A stretch of 64,000 nucleotides of DNA from positions 414,718,001-414,782,000 of the forward strand of contig OZ024741.1 in assembly GCA_964016885.1 (NCBI GenBank), given 5' to 3'. Under the pieces are notes generated by a model. That model did not search any database, was not told the origin of the DNA, and was given only the letters and a program-made list of their open reading frames with translations. Within the stretch, counting starts at the first letter, position 1; the number at the start of each line of letters is the position of its first letter. This DNA is from Eledone cirrhosa. Taxonomy: Eukaryota. This document shows, piece by piece, positions 13,201 through 28,164 of this stretch. A program made the translations under genes and the position numbers.

Positions 13201-16200
13201 GACACCAGGAGACCTACATCACACATACATAGGTTTAACACTCTACCGAGTATAAGACACCAGGAGACCTACGTCACACATACATAGGTTTAACACTCTA
13301 CTGAGTATAAGACACCAGGAGACCTACATCACACATACTTTGGTCTGACACTCTACCGAGTATAAGACACCAGGAGACCTACATCACACATACTTTGGTC
13401 TGACACTCTACCGAGTATAAGACACCAGGAGACCTACATCACACGTACTTTGGTCTTACACTCTACCGAGTATAAGACACCAGGAGACCTACATCACACG
13501 TACTTTGGTCTGACACTCTACCGAATATAAGACACCAGGAGACCTACATCACACGTACTTTGGTCTGACACTCTACCGAGTATAAGACACCAGGAGACCT
13601 ACATCACACGTACTTTGGTCTGACACTCTACCCAGTATAAGACACCGGGAGACCTACATCACACGTAATTTGGTCTGACACTCTACCGAGTATAAGACAC
13701 CAGGAGACCTACATCACAGGTACTTTGGTCTGACACTCTACCGAGTATAAGACACCAGGAGACCTACATCACACATACATAGGTTTAACACTCTACCGAG
13801 TATAAGACACCAGGAGACCTACATCACACATACATAGGTTTAACACTCTACTGAGTATAAGACACCAGCAGACCTACATCACACATACTTTGGTCTGACA
13901 CTCTACCGAGTATAAGACACCAGGAGACCTACATCACACATACTTTGGTCTGACACTCTACCGAGTATAAGACACCAGGAGACCTACATCACACGTACTT
14001 TGGTCTGACACTCTACCGAATATAAGACACCAGGAGACCTACATCACACATACTTTGGTCTTACACTCTACCGAGTATAAGACACCAGGAGACCTACATC
14101 ACACATACTTTGGTCTTACACTCTACCAAGTATAAGACACCAGGAGACCTACATCACACATACTTTGATCTGACACTCTACCGAGTATAAGACACCGGGA
14201 GACCTACATCACACATATTTTGGTCTGACACTCTACCGAGTATAAGACACCAGGAGACCTACATCACACATACATAGGTTTAACACTCTACCGAGTATAA
14301 GACAACAGGAGACCTACATCACACATACATAGGTCTGACACTCTACCGAGTATAAGACACCAGGACACCTACATCACACATACTTTGGTCTTACACTCTA
14401 CCGAGTATAAGACACCTGGAGACCTACATCACACGTACTTTGGTCTGACACTCTACCGAGTATAACACACCAGGAGACCTACATCACACGTACTTTGGTC
14501 TGACACTCTACCGAGTATAAGACACCAGGAGACCTACATCACGCATACTTTGGTCTGACACTCTACCGAGTATAAGACACCAGGAGACCTACATCACACG
14601 TACTTTGGTCTGACACTCTACCGAGTATAAGACACCAGGAGACCTACATCACACGTACTTTGGTCTGACACTCTACCCAGTATAAGACACCGGGAGACCT
14701 ACATCACACATACTTTGGTCTGACACTCTACCGAGTATAAGACACCAGGAGACCTACATCACACGTACTTGGGTCTGACACTCTACCGAGTATAAGACAC
14801 CAGGAGACCTACATCACACGTACTTTGGTCTGACACTCTACCGAGTATAACACACCAGGAGACCTACATCACACATAGTTTGGTCTGACACTCTACCGAG
14901 TATAACACACCAGGAGACCTACATCACACATACTTTGGTCTCACACTCTACCAAGTATAACACACCAGGAGACCTACATCACACATACATAGGTCTGACA
15001 CTCTACCGAGTATAAGATACCAGGAGACCTACATCACACATACATAGGTCTGACACTCTACCGAGTATAAGACACCAGGAGACCTACATCACACCTACTG
15101 TGGTCTCACACTCTACCGAGTATAAGACACCAGGAGACCAACATCACACGTACTTTGGTCTGACACTCTACCGAGTATAAGACACCAGGAGACCTACATC
15201 ACACGTACTTTGGTCTGACACTCTACCGAGTATAAGACACCAGGAGACCTACATCACGCATACTTTGGTCTGACACTCTACCGAGTATAAGACACCAGGA
15301 GAACTACATCACACGTACTTTGGTCTGACACTCTACCGAGTATAACACACCAGGAGACCTACATCACACATACTTTGGTCTGACACTCTACCGAGTATAA
15401 CACACCAGGAGACCTACAGCACACATACTTTGGTCTCACACTCTACCGAGTATAACACACGAGGAGACCTACATCGCACATACTTTGGTCTGACACTCTA
15501 CCGAGTATAACACACCAGGAGACCTACATCACACATACTTTGGTCTGACACTCTACCGAGTATAACACACCAGGAGACCTACATCGCACATACTTTGGTC
15601 TGACACTCTACCGATTATAAGACACCAGGAGACCTACATAAACACATACATAGGTTTAACACACTACTGAGTATAAGACACCAGGAGACCTACATCACAC
15701 ATACATAGGTCTGACACTCTACCGAGTATAAGACACCAGGAGACCTACATCACACATACATAGGTCTGACACTCTACCGAGTATAAGACACCAGGAGACC
15801 TACATCACACGTACTTTGGTCTCACACTCTACCGAGTATAAGACACCAGGAGACCTACATCACACATACTTTGGTCTGACACTCTACCGACTATAAGACA
15901 CTAGGAGACCTACATCACACGTACTTTGGTCTGACACTCTACCGAGTATAAGACACCAGGAGACCTACAGCACACATACTTTGATCTGACACTCTACCGA
16001 GTATAAGACACCAGGAGACCTACATCACACGTACTTTGGTCTGACATTCTACCGAGTATAACACACCAGGAGACCTACATCACACATACATAGATCTGAC
16101 ACTCTACCGCGTATAAGACACCAGGAGACCTACATCACACGTACTTTGGTCTGACACTCTACCGAGTATAAGACACCAGGAGACCTACATCACATGAACT

Positions 16201-18330
16201 TTGGTCTGACACTCTACCAAGTATAAGCCACCAGGAGACCTACATCACACATACTTTGGTCTGACACTTTACCGAGTATAAGACACCAGGAGACCTACAT
16301 CACAAGTACTTTGGTCTGACACTCTACCCAGTATAAGACACCGGGAGACCTACATCACACGTAATTTGGTCTGACACTCTACCGAGTATAAGACACCAGG
16401 AGACCTACATCACAGGTACTTTAGTCTGACACTCTACCAAGTATAAGACACCAGGAGACCTACATCACACATACATAGGTTTAACACTCTACCGAGTATA
16501 AGACACCAGGAGACCTACATCACACATACATAGGTTTAACACTCTACTGAGTATAAGACACCAGCAGACCTACATCACACATACTTTGGTCTGACACTCT
16601 ACCGAGTATAAGACACCAGGAGACCTACATCACACATACTTTGGTCTGACACTCTACCGAGTATAAGACACCAGGGGACCTACATCACACGTACTTTGGT
16701 CTGACACTCTACCGAATATAAGACACCAGGAGACCTACATCACACATACTTTGGTCTTACACTCTACCGAGTATAAGACACCAGGAGACCTACATCACAC
16801 ATACTTTGGTCTTACACTCTACCAAGTATAAGACACCAGGAGACCTACATCACACATACTTTGATCTGACACTCTACCGAGTATAAGACACCGGGAGACC
16901 TACATCACACATATTTTGGTCTGACACTCTACCGAGTATAAGACACCAGGAGACCTACATCACACATACATAGGTTTAACACTCTACCGAGTATAAGACA
17001 ACAGGAGACCTACATCACACATACATAGGTCTGACACTCTACCGAGTATAAGACACCAGGACACCTACATCACACATACTTTGGTCTTACACTCTACCGA
17101 GTATAAGACACCTGGAGACCTACATCACACGTACTTTGGTCTGACACTCTACCGAGTATAACACACCAGGAGACCTACATCACACGTACTTTGGTCTGAC
17201 ACTCTACCGAGTATAAGACACCAGGAGACCTACATCACGCATACTTTGGTCTGACACTCTACCGAGTATAAGACACCAGGAGACCTACATCACACGTACT
17301 TTGGTCTGACACTCTACCGAGTATAAGACACCAGGAGACCTACATCACACGTACTTTGGTCTGACACTCTACCCAGTATAAGACACCGGGAGACCTACAT
17401 CACACATACTTTGGTCTGACACTCTACCGAGTATAAGACACCAGGAGACCTACATCACACGTACTTTGGTCTGACACTCTACCGAGTATAAGACACCAGG
17501 AGACCTACATCACACGTACTTTGGTCTGACACTCTACCGAGTATAACACACCAGGAGACCTACATCACACATAGTTTGGTCTGACACTCTACCGAGTATA
17601 ACACACCAGGAGACCTACATCACACATACTTTGGTCTCACACTCTACCAAGTATAACACACCAGGAGACCTACATCACACATACATAGGTCTGACACTCT
17701 ACCGAGTATAAGACACCAGGAGACCTACATCACACATACATAGGTCTGACACTCTACCGAGTATAAGACACCAGGAGACCTACATCACACGTACTGTGGT
17801 CTCACACTCTACCGAGTATAAGACACCAGGAGACCAACATCACACGTACTTTGGTCTGACACTCTACCGAGTATAAGACACCAGGAGACCTACATCACAC
17901 GTACTTTGGTCTGACACTCTACCGAGTATAAGACACCAGGAGACCTACATCACGCATACTTTGGTCTGACACTCTACCGAGTATAAGACACCAGGAGAAC
18001 TACATCACACGTACTTTGGTCTGACACTCTACCGAGTATAACACACCAGGAGACCTACATCACACATACTTTGGTCTGACACTCTACCGAGTATAACACA
18101 CCAGGAGACCTACAGCACACATACTTTGGTCTCACACTCTACCGAGTATAACACACGAGGAGACCTACATCGCACATACTTTGGTCTGACACTCTACCGA
18201 GTATAACACACCAGGAGACCTACATCACACATACTTTGGTCTGACACTCTACCGAGTATAACACACCAGGAGACCTACATCGCACATACTTTGGTCTGAC
18301 ACTCTACCGATTATAAGACACCAGGAGACC
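7260..18330. repeat. Nested duplications: A-B-A'-B' arrangement with 104-monomer (5719 bp) and 94-monomer (5170 bp) offsets
   Basis: A markers: TACTTGGG about 9050/14770, CACCTACTGTGG about 9373/15092. B markers: CACAAGTACT 11131/16301, TTAGTCT 11251/16421. All four sub-blocks share AGACAACAGG (8581, 11826, 14300, 16996). Boundaries are approximate. Confidence 0.8.
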
Positions 18331-21300
18331 TACATAAACACATACATAGGTTTAACACACTACTGAGTATAAGACACCAGGAGACCTACATCACACATAC
18401 ATAGGTCTGACACTCTACCGAGTATAAGACACCAGGAGACCTACATCACACATACATAGGTCTGACACTCTACCGAGTATAAGACACCAGGAGACCTACA
18501 TCACACGTACTTTGGTCTCACACTCTACCGAGTATAAGACACCAGGAGACCTACATCACACATACTTTGGTCTGACACTCTACCGACTATAAGACACTAG
18601 GAGGCCTACATCACACGTACTTTGGTCTGACACTCTACCGAGTATAAGACACCAGGAGACCTACAGCACACATACTTTGATCTGACACTCTACCGAGTAT
18701 AAGACACCAGGAGACCTACATCACACGTACTTTGGTCTGACACTCTACCGAGTATAACACACCAGGATACCTACATCACACATACATAGATCTGACACTC
18801 TACCGCGTATAAGACACCAGGAGACCTACATCACACGTACTTTGGTCTGACACTCTACCGAGTATAAGACACCAGGAGACCTACATCACACGTACTTTGG
18901 TCTGACACTCTACCCAGTATAAGACACCGGGAGACCTACATCACACGTACTTTGGTCTGACACTCTACCGAGTATAAGACACCAGGAGACCTACATCACA
19001 CGTACTTTGGTCTGACACTCTACCGAGTATAAGACACCAGGAGACCTGCATCACACATACATAGGTTTAACACTCTACCGATTATAAGACACCAGGAGAC
19101 CTACGTCACACATACATAGGTTTAACACTCTACTGAGTATAAGACACCAGGAGACCTACATCACACATACTTTGGTCTGACACTCTACCGAGTATAAGAC
19201 ACCAGGAGACCTACATCACACATACTTTGGTCTGACACTCTACCGAGTATAAGACACCAGGAGACCTACATCACACGTACTTTGGTCTTACACTCTACCG
19301 AGTATAAGACACCAGGAGGCCTACATCACACGTACTTTGGTCTGACACTCTACCGAATATAAGACACCAGGAGACCTACATCACACGTACTTTGGTCTGA
19401 CACTCTACGAGTATAAGACACCAGGAGACCTACATCACACGTACTTTGGTCTGACACTCTACCGAGTATAAGACACCAGGAGACCTACATCACATGAACT
19501 TTGGTCTGACACTCTACCAAGTATAAGCCACCAGGAGACCTACATCACACATACTTTGGTCTGACACTTTACCGAGTATAAGACACCAGGAGACCTACAT
19601 CACACGTACTTTGGTCTCACACTCTACCAAGTATAAGACACCAGGAGACCTACAGCACACATACTTTGGTCTCACACCCTACCGAATATAAGACACCAGG
19701 AGACCTACATCACACATACTTTGGTCTTACACTCTACCGAGTATAAGACACCAGGAGACCTACATCACACATACTTTGGTCTTACACTCTACCAAGTATA
19801 AGACACCAGGAGACCTACATCACACATACTTTGGTCTGACACTCTACCGAGTATAAGACACCAGGAGACCTACATCACACGTACTTTGGTCTGACACTCT
19901 ACCGAGTATAAGACACCAGGAGACCTACATCACACATACATAGGTTTAACACTCTACCGAGTATAAGACACCAGGAGACCTACATCACACATACATAGGT
20001 TTAACACTCTAATGAGTATAAGACACCAGGAGACCTACATCACACATACTTTGGTCTGACACTCTACCGAGTATAAGACACCAGGAGACCTACATCACAC
20101 ATACTTTGGTCTGACACTCTACCGAGTATAAGACACCAGGAGACCTACATCATACGTACTTTGGTCTTACACTCTACCGAGTATAAGACACCAGGAGACC
20201 TACATCACACGTACTTTGGTCTGACACTCTACCGAATATAAGACACCAGGAGACCTACATCACACGTACTTTGGTCTGACACTCTACCGAGTATAAGACA
20301 CCAGGAGACCTACATCACACGTACTTTGGTCTGACACTCTACCCAGTATAAGACACCGGGAGACCTACATCACACGTAATTTGGTCTGACACTCTACCGA
20401 GTATAAGACACCAGGAGACCTACATCACAGGTACTTTGGTCTGACACTCTACCGAGTATAAGACACCAGGAGACCTACATCTCACATACATAGGTTTAAC
20501 ACTCTACCGAGTATAAGACACCAGGAGACCTACTTCACACATACATAGGTTTAACACTCTACTGAGTATAAGACACCAGCAGACCTACATCACACATACT
20601 TTGGTCTGACACTCTACCGAGTATAAGACACCAGGAGACCTACATCACACATACTTTGGTCTGACACTCTACCGAGTATAAGACACCAGGAGACCTACAT
20701 CACACGTACTTTGGTCTGACACTCTACCGAATATAAGACACCAGGAGACCTACATCACACATACTTTTGTCTTACACTCTACCGAGTATAAGACACCAGG
20801 AGACCTACATCACACATACTTTGGTCTTACACTCTACCAAGTATAAGACACCAGGAGACCTACATCACACATACTTTGATCTGACACTCTACCGAGTATA
20901 AGACACCGGGAGACCTACATCACACATATTTTGGTCTGACACTCTACCGAGTATAAGACACCAGGAGACCTACATCACACATACATAGGTTTAACACTCT
21001 ACCGAGTATAAGACAACAGGAGACCTACATCACACATACATAGGTCTGACACTCTACCGAGTATAAGACACCAGGAGACCTACATCACACATACTTTGGT
21101 CTTACACTCTACCGAGTATAAGACACCTGGAGACCTACATCACACGTACTTTGGTCTGACACTCTACCGAGTATAACACACCAGGAGACCTACATCACAC
21201 GTACTTTGGTCTGACACTCTACCGAGTATAAGACACCAGGAGACCTACATCACGCATACTTTGGTCTGACACTCTACCGCGTATAAGACACCAGGAGACC

Positions 21301-21784
21301 TACATCACACGTACTTTGGTCTGACACTCTACCGAGTATAAGACACCAGGAGACCTACATCACACGTACTTTGGTCTGACACTCTACCGAGTATAAGACA
21401 CCAGAAGACCTACATCACACATACTTTGGTCTGACACTCTACCGAGTATAAGACACCAGGAGACCTACATCACGCATACTTTGGTCTGACACTCTACCGC
21501 GTATAAGACACCAGGAGACCTACATCACACGTACTTTGGTCTGACACTCTACCGAGTATAAGACACCAGGAGACCTACATCACACGTACTTTGGTCTGAC
21601 ACTCTACCCAGTATAAGACACCGGGAGACCTACATCACACATACTTTGGTCTGACACTCTACCGAGTATAAGACACCAGGAGACCTACATCACACGTACT
21701 TTGGTCTGACACTCTACCGAGTATAAGACACCAGGAGACCTACATCACACGTACTTTGGTCTGACACTCTACCGAGTATAACAC

Positions 21785-24700
21785 ACCAGGAGACCTACAT
21801 CACACATAGTTTGGTCTGACACTCTACCGAGTATAAGACACCAGGAGACCTACATCACACATACTTTGGTCTCACACTCTACCAAGTATAACACACCAGG
21901 AGACCTACAGCACACATACTTTGGTCTGACACTCTACCAAGTATAAGACACCAGGAGACCTACATCACACATACTTTGGTCTGACACTCTACCGAGTATA
22001 ACACACCAGGAGACCTACATCACACATACATAGGTCTGACACTCTACCGAGTATAAGACACCAGGAGACCTACATCACACATACATAGGTCTGACACTCT
22101 ACCGAGTATAAGACACCAGGAGACCTACATCACACGTACTGTGGTCTCACACTCTACCGAGTATAAGACACCAGGAGACCAACATCACACGTACTTTGGT
22201 CTGACACTCTACCGAGTATAAGACACCAGGAGACCTACATCACACGTACTTTGGTCTGACACTCTACCGAGTATAAGACACCAGGAGACCTACATCACGC
22301 ATACTTTGGTCTGACACTCTACCGAGTATAAGACACCAGGAGAACTACATCACACGTACTTTGGTCTGACACTCTACCGAGTATAACACACCAGGAGACC
22401 TACATCACACATACTTTGGTCTGACACTCTACCGAGTATAACACACCAGGAGACCTACAGCACACATACTTTGGTCTCACACTCTACCGAGTATAACACA
22501 CGAGGAGACCTACATCGCACATACTTTGGTCTGACACTCTACCGAGTATAACACACCAGGAGACCTACATCACACATACTTTGGTCTGACACTCTACCGA
22601 GTATAACACACCAGGAGACCTACATCGCACATACTTTGGTCTGACACTCTACCGATTATAAGACACCAGGAGACCTACATAAACACATACATAGGTTTAA
22701 CACACTACTGAGTATAAGACACCAGGAGACCTACATCACACATACATAGGTCTGACACTCTACCGAGTATAAGACACCAGGAGACCTACATCACACATAC
22801 ATAGGTCTGACACTCTACCGAGTATAAGACACCAGGAGACCTACATCACACCTACTTTGGTCTCACACTCTACCGAGTATAAGACACCAGGAGACCTACA
22901 TCACACATACTTTGGTCTGACACTCTACCGACTATAAGACACTAGGAGACCTACATCACACGTACTTTGGTCTGACACTCTACCGAGTATAAGACACCAG
23001 GAGACCTACAGCACACATACTTTGATCTGACACTCTACCGAGTATAAGACACCAGGAGACCTACATCACACGTACTTTGGTCTGACACTCTACCGAGTAT
23101 AACACACCAGGAGACCTACATCACACATACATAGATCTGACACTCTACCGCGTATAAGACACCAGGAGACCTACATCACACGTACTTTGGTCTGACACTC
23201 TACCGAGTATAAGACACCAGGAGACCTACATCACACGTACTTTGGTCTGACACTCTACCCAGTTTAAGACACCGGGAGACCTACATCACACGTACTTTGG
23301 TCTGACACTCTACCGAGTATAAGACACCAGGAGACCTACATCACACGTACTTTGGTCTGACACTCTACCCAGTTTAAGACACCGGGAGACCTACATCACA
23401 CGTACTTTGGTCTGACACTCTACCGAGTATAAGACACCAGGAGACCTACATCACACATACATAGGTTTAACACTCTACCGAGTATAAGACACCAGGAGAC
23501 CTACGTCACACATACATAGGTTTAACACTCTACTGAGTATAAGCCACCAGGAGACCTACATCACACATACTTTGGTCTGACACTCTACCGAGTATAAGAC
23601 ACCAGGAGACCTACATCACACATACTTTGGTCTGACACTCTACCGAGTATAAGACACCAGGAGACCTACATCACACGTACTTTGGTCTTACACTCTACCG
23701 AGTATAAGACACCAGGAGGCCTACATCACACGTACTTTGGTCTGACACTCTACCGAATATAAGACACCAGGAGACCTACATCACACGTACTTTGGTCTGA
23801 CACTCTACGAGTATAAGACACCAGGAGACCTACATCACACGTACTTTGGTCTGACACTCTACCGAGTATAAGACACCAGGAGACCTACATCACACGTATT
23901 TTGGTCTGACACTCTACCGAGTATAAGACACCAGGAGACCTACATCACACGTACTTTGGTCTGACACTCTACCGAGTATAACACACCAGGAGACCTACAT
24001 CACACATAGTTTGGTCTGACACTCTACCGAGTATAAGACACCAGGAGACCTACATCACAGGTACTTTGGTCTCACACTCTACCAAGTATAACACACCAGG
24101 AGACCTACAGCACACATACTTTGGTCTGACACTCTACCAAGTATAAGACACCAGGAGACCTACATCACACATACTTTGGTCTGACACTCTACCGAGTATA
24201 ACACACCAGGAGACCTACATCACACATACATAGGTCTGACACTCTACCGAGTATAAGACACCAGGAGACCTACATCACACATACATAGGTCTGACACTCT
24301 ACCGAGTATAAGACACCAGGAGACCTACATCACACGTACTGTGGTCTCACACTCTACCGAGTATAAGACACCAGGAGACCAACATCACACGTACTTTGGT
24401 CTGACACTCTACCGAGTATAAGACACCAGGAGACCTACATCACACGTACTTTGGTCTGACACTCTACCGAGTATAAGACACCAGGAGACCTACATCACGC
24501 ATACTTTGGTCTGACACTCTACCGAGTATAAGACACCAGGAGAACTACATCACACGTACTTTGGTCTGACACTCTACCGAGTATAACACACCAGGAGACC
24601 TACATCACACATACTTTGGTCTGACACTCTACCGAGTATAACACACCAGGAGACCTACAGCACACATACTTTGGTCTCACACTCTACCGAGTATAACACA

Positions 24701-27700
24701 CGAGGAGACCTACATCGCACATACTTTGGTCTGACACTCTACCGAGTATAACACACCAGGAGACCTACATCACACATACTTTGGTCTGACACTCTACCGA
24801 GTATAACACACCAGGAGACCTACATCGCACATACTTTGGTCTGACACTCTACCGATTATAAGACACCAGGAGACCTACATAAACACATACATAGGTTTAA
24901 CACACTACTGAGTATAAGACACCAGGAGACCTACATCACACATACATAGGTCTGACACTCTACCGAGTATAAGACACCAGGAGACCTACATCACACATAC
25001 ATAGGTCTGACACTCTACCGAGTATAAGACACCAGGAGACCTACATCACACCTACTTTGGACTCACACTCTACCGAGTATAAGACACCAGGAGACCTACA
25101 TCACACATACTTTGGTCTGACACTCTACCGACTATAAGACACTAGGAGACCTACATCACACGTACTTTGGTCTGACACTCTACCGAGTATAAGACACCAG
25201 GAGACCTACAGCACACATACTTTGATCTGACACTCTACCGAGTATAAGACACCAGGAGACCTACATCACACGTACTTTGGTCTGACACTCTACCGAGTAT
25301 AACACACCAGGAGACCTACATCACACATACATAGATCTGACACTCTACCGCGTATAAGACACCAGGAGACCTACATCACACGTACTTTGGTCTGACACTC
25401 TACCGAGTATAAGACACCAGGAGACCTACATCACACGTACTTTGGTCTGACACTCTACCCAGTTTAAGACACCGGGAGACCTACATCACACGTACTTTGG
25501 TCTGACACTCTACCGAGTATAAGACACCAGGAGACCTACATCACACGTACTTTGGTCTGACACTCTACCGAGTATAAGACACCAGGAGACCTACATCACA
25601 CATACATAGGTTTAACACTCTACCGAGTATAAGACACCAGGAGACCTACGTCACACATACATAGGTTTAACACTCTACTGAGTATAAGCCACCAGGAGAC
25701 CTACATCACACATACTTTGGTCTGACACTCTACCGAGTATAAGACACCAGGAGACCTACATCACACATACTTTGGTCTGACACTCTACCGAGTATAAGAC
25801 ACCAGGAGACCTACATCACACGTACTTTGGTCTTACACTCTACCGAGTATAAGACACCAGGAGGCCTACATCACACGTACTTTGGTCTGACACTCTACCG
25901 AATATAAGACACCAGGAGACCTACATCACACGTACTTTGGTCTGACACTCTACGAGTATAAGACACCAGGAGACCTACATCACACGTACTTTGGTCTGAC
26001 ACTCTACCGAGTATAAGACACCAGGAGACCTACATCACACGTACTTTGGTCTGACACTCTACCGAGTATAAGACACCAGGAGACCTACATCACACGTACT
26101 TTGGTCTGACACTCTACCGAGTATAACACACCAGGAGACCTACATCACACATAGTTTGGTCTGACACTCTACCGAGTATAAGACACCAGGAGACCTACAT
26201 CACAGGTACTTTGGTCTCACACTCTACCAAGTATAACACACCAGGAGACCTACAGCACACATACTTTGGTCTGACACTCTACCAAGTATAAGACACCAGG
26301 AGACCTACATCACACATACTTTGGTCTGACACTCTACCGAGTATAACACACCAGGAGACCTACATCACACATACATAGGTCTGACACTCTACCGAGTATA
26401 AGACACCAGGAGACCTACATCACACATACATAGGTCTGACACTCTACCGAGTATAAGACACCAGGAGACCTACATCACACGTACTGTGGTCTCACACTCT
26501 ACCGAGTATAAGACACCAGGAGACCAACATCACACGTACTTTGGTCTGACACTCTACCGAGTATAAGACACCAGGAGACCTACATCACACGTACTTTGGT
26601 CTGACACTCTACCGAGTATAAGACACCAGGAGACCTACATCACGCATACTTTGGTCTGACACTCTACCGAGTATAAGACACCAGGAGAACTACATCACAC
26701 GTACTTTGGTCTGACACTCTACCGAGTATAACACACCAGGAGACCTACATCACACATACTTTGGTCTGACACTCTACCGAGTATAACACACCAGGAGACC
26801 TACAGCACACATACTTTGGTCTCACACTCTACCGAGTATAACACACGAGGAGACCTACATCGCACATACTTTGGTCTGACACTCTACCGAGTATAACACA
26901 CCAGGAGACCTACATCACACATACTTTGGTCTGACACTCTACCGAGTATAACACACCAGGAGACCTACATCGCACATACTTTGGTCTGACACTCTACCGA
27001 TTATAAGACACCAGGAGACCTACATAAACACATACATAGGTTTAACACACTACTGAGTATAAGACACCAGGAGACCTACATCACACATACATAGGTCTGA
27101 CACTCTACCGAGTATAAGACACCAGGAGACCTACATCACACATACATAGGTCTGACACTCTACCGAGTATAAGACACCAGGAGACCTACATCACACCTAC
27201 TTTGGTCTCACACTCTACCGAGTATAAGACACCAGGAGACCTACATCACACATACTTTGGTCTGACACTCTACCGACTATAAGACACTAGGAGACCTACA
27301 TCACACGTACTTTGGTCTGACACTCTACCGAGTATAAGACACCAGGAGACTTACAGCACACATACTTTGATCTGACACTCTACCGAGTATAAGACACCAG
27401 GAGACCTACATCACACGTACTTTGGTCTGACACTCTACCGAGTATAACACACCAGGAGACCTACATCACACATACATAGATCTGACACTCTACCGCGTAT
27501 AAGACACCAGGAGACCTACATCACACGTACTTTGGTCTGACACTCTACCGAGTATAAGACACCAGGAGACCTACATCACACGTACTTTGGTCTGACACTC
27601 TACCCAGTTTAAGACACCGGGAGACCTACATCACACGTACTTTGGTCTGACACTCTACCGAGTATAAGACACCAGGAGACCTACATCACACGTACTTTGG

Positions 27701-28164
27701 TCTGACACTCTACCGAGTATAAGACACCAGGAGACCTACATCACACATACATAGGTTTAACACTCTACCGAGTATAAGACACCAGGAGACCTACGTCACA
27801 CATACATAGGTTTAACACTCTACTGAGTATAAGCCACCAGGAGACCTACATCACACATACTTTGGTCTGACACTCTACCGAGTATAAGACACCAGGAGAC
27901 CTACATCACACATACTTTGGTCTGACACTCTACCGAGTATAAGACACCAGGAGACCTACATCACACGTACTTTGGTCTTACACTCTACCGAGTATAAGAC
28001 ACCAGGAGGCCTACATCACACGTACTTTGGTCTGACACTCTACCGAATATAAGACACCAGGAGACCTACATGACACGTACTTTGGTCTGACACTCTACGA
28101 GTATAAGACACCAGGAGACCTACATCACACGTACTTTGGTCTGACACTCTACTGAGTATAAGAC
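21785..28164. repeat. Higher-order repeat, 39-40 monomers (2145-2200 bp), about 3 copies
   Basis: CATAGTTTGG monomers start at 21785, 23985 and 26130. ACTGAGTATAAGCC has its AAGCC at 23541, 25686 and 27831 (2145 apart). The private CCCAGTTTAAG variant is at about 23258, 23368, 25458 and 27603. Confidence 0.9.
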
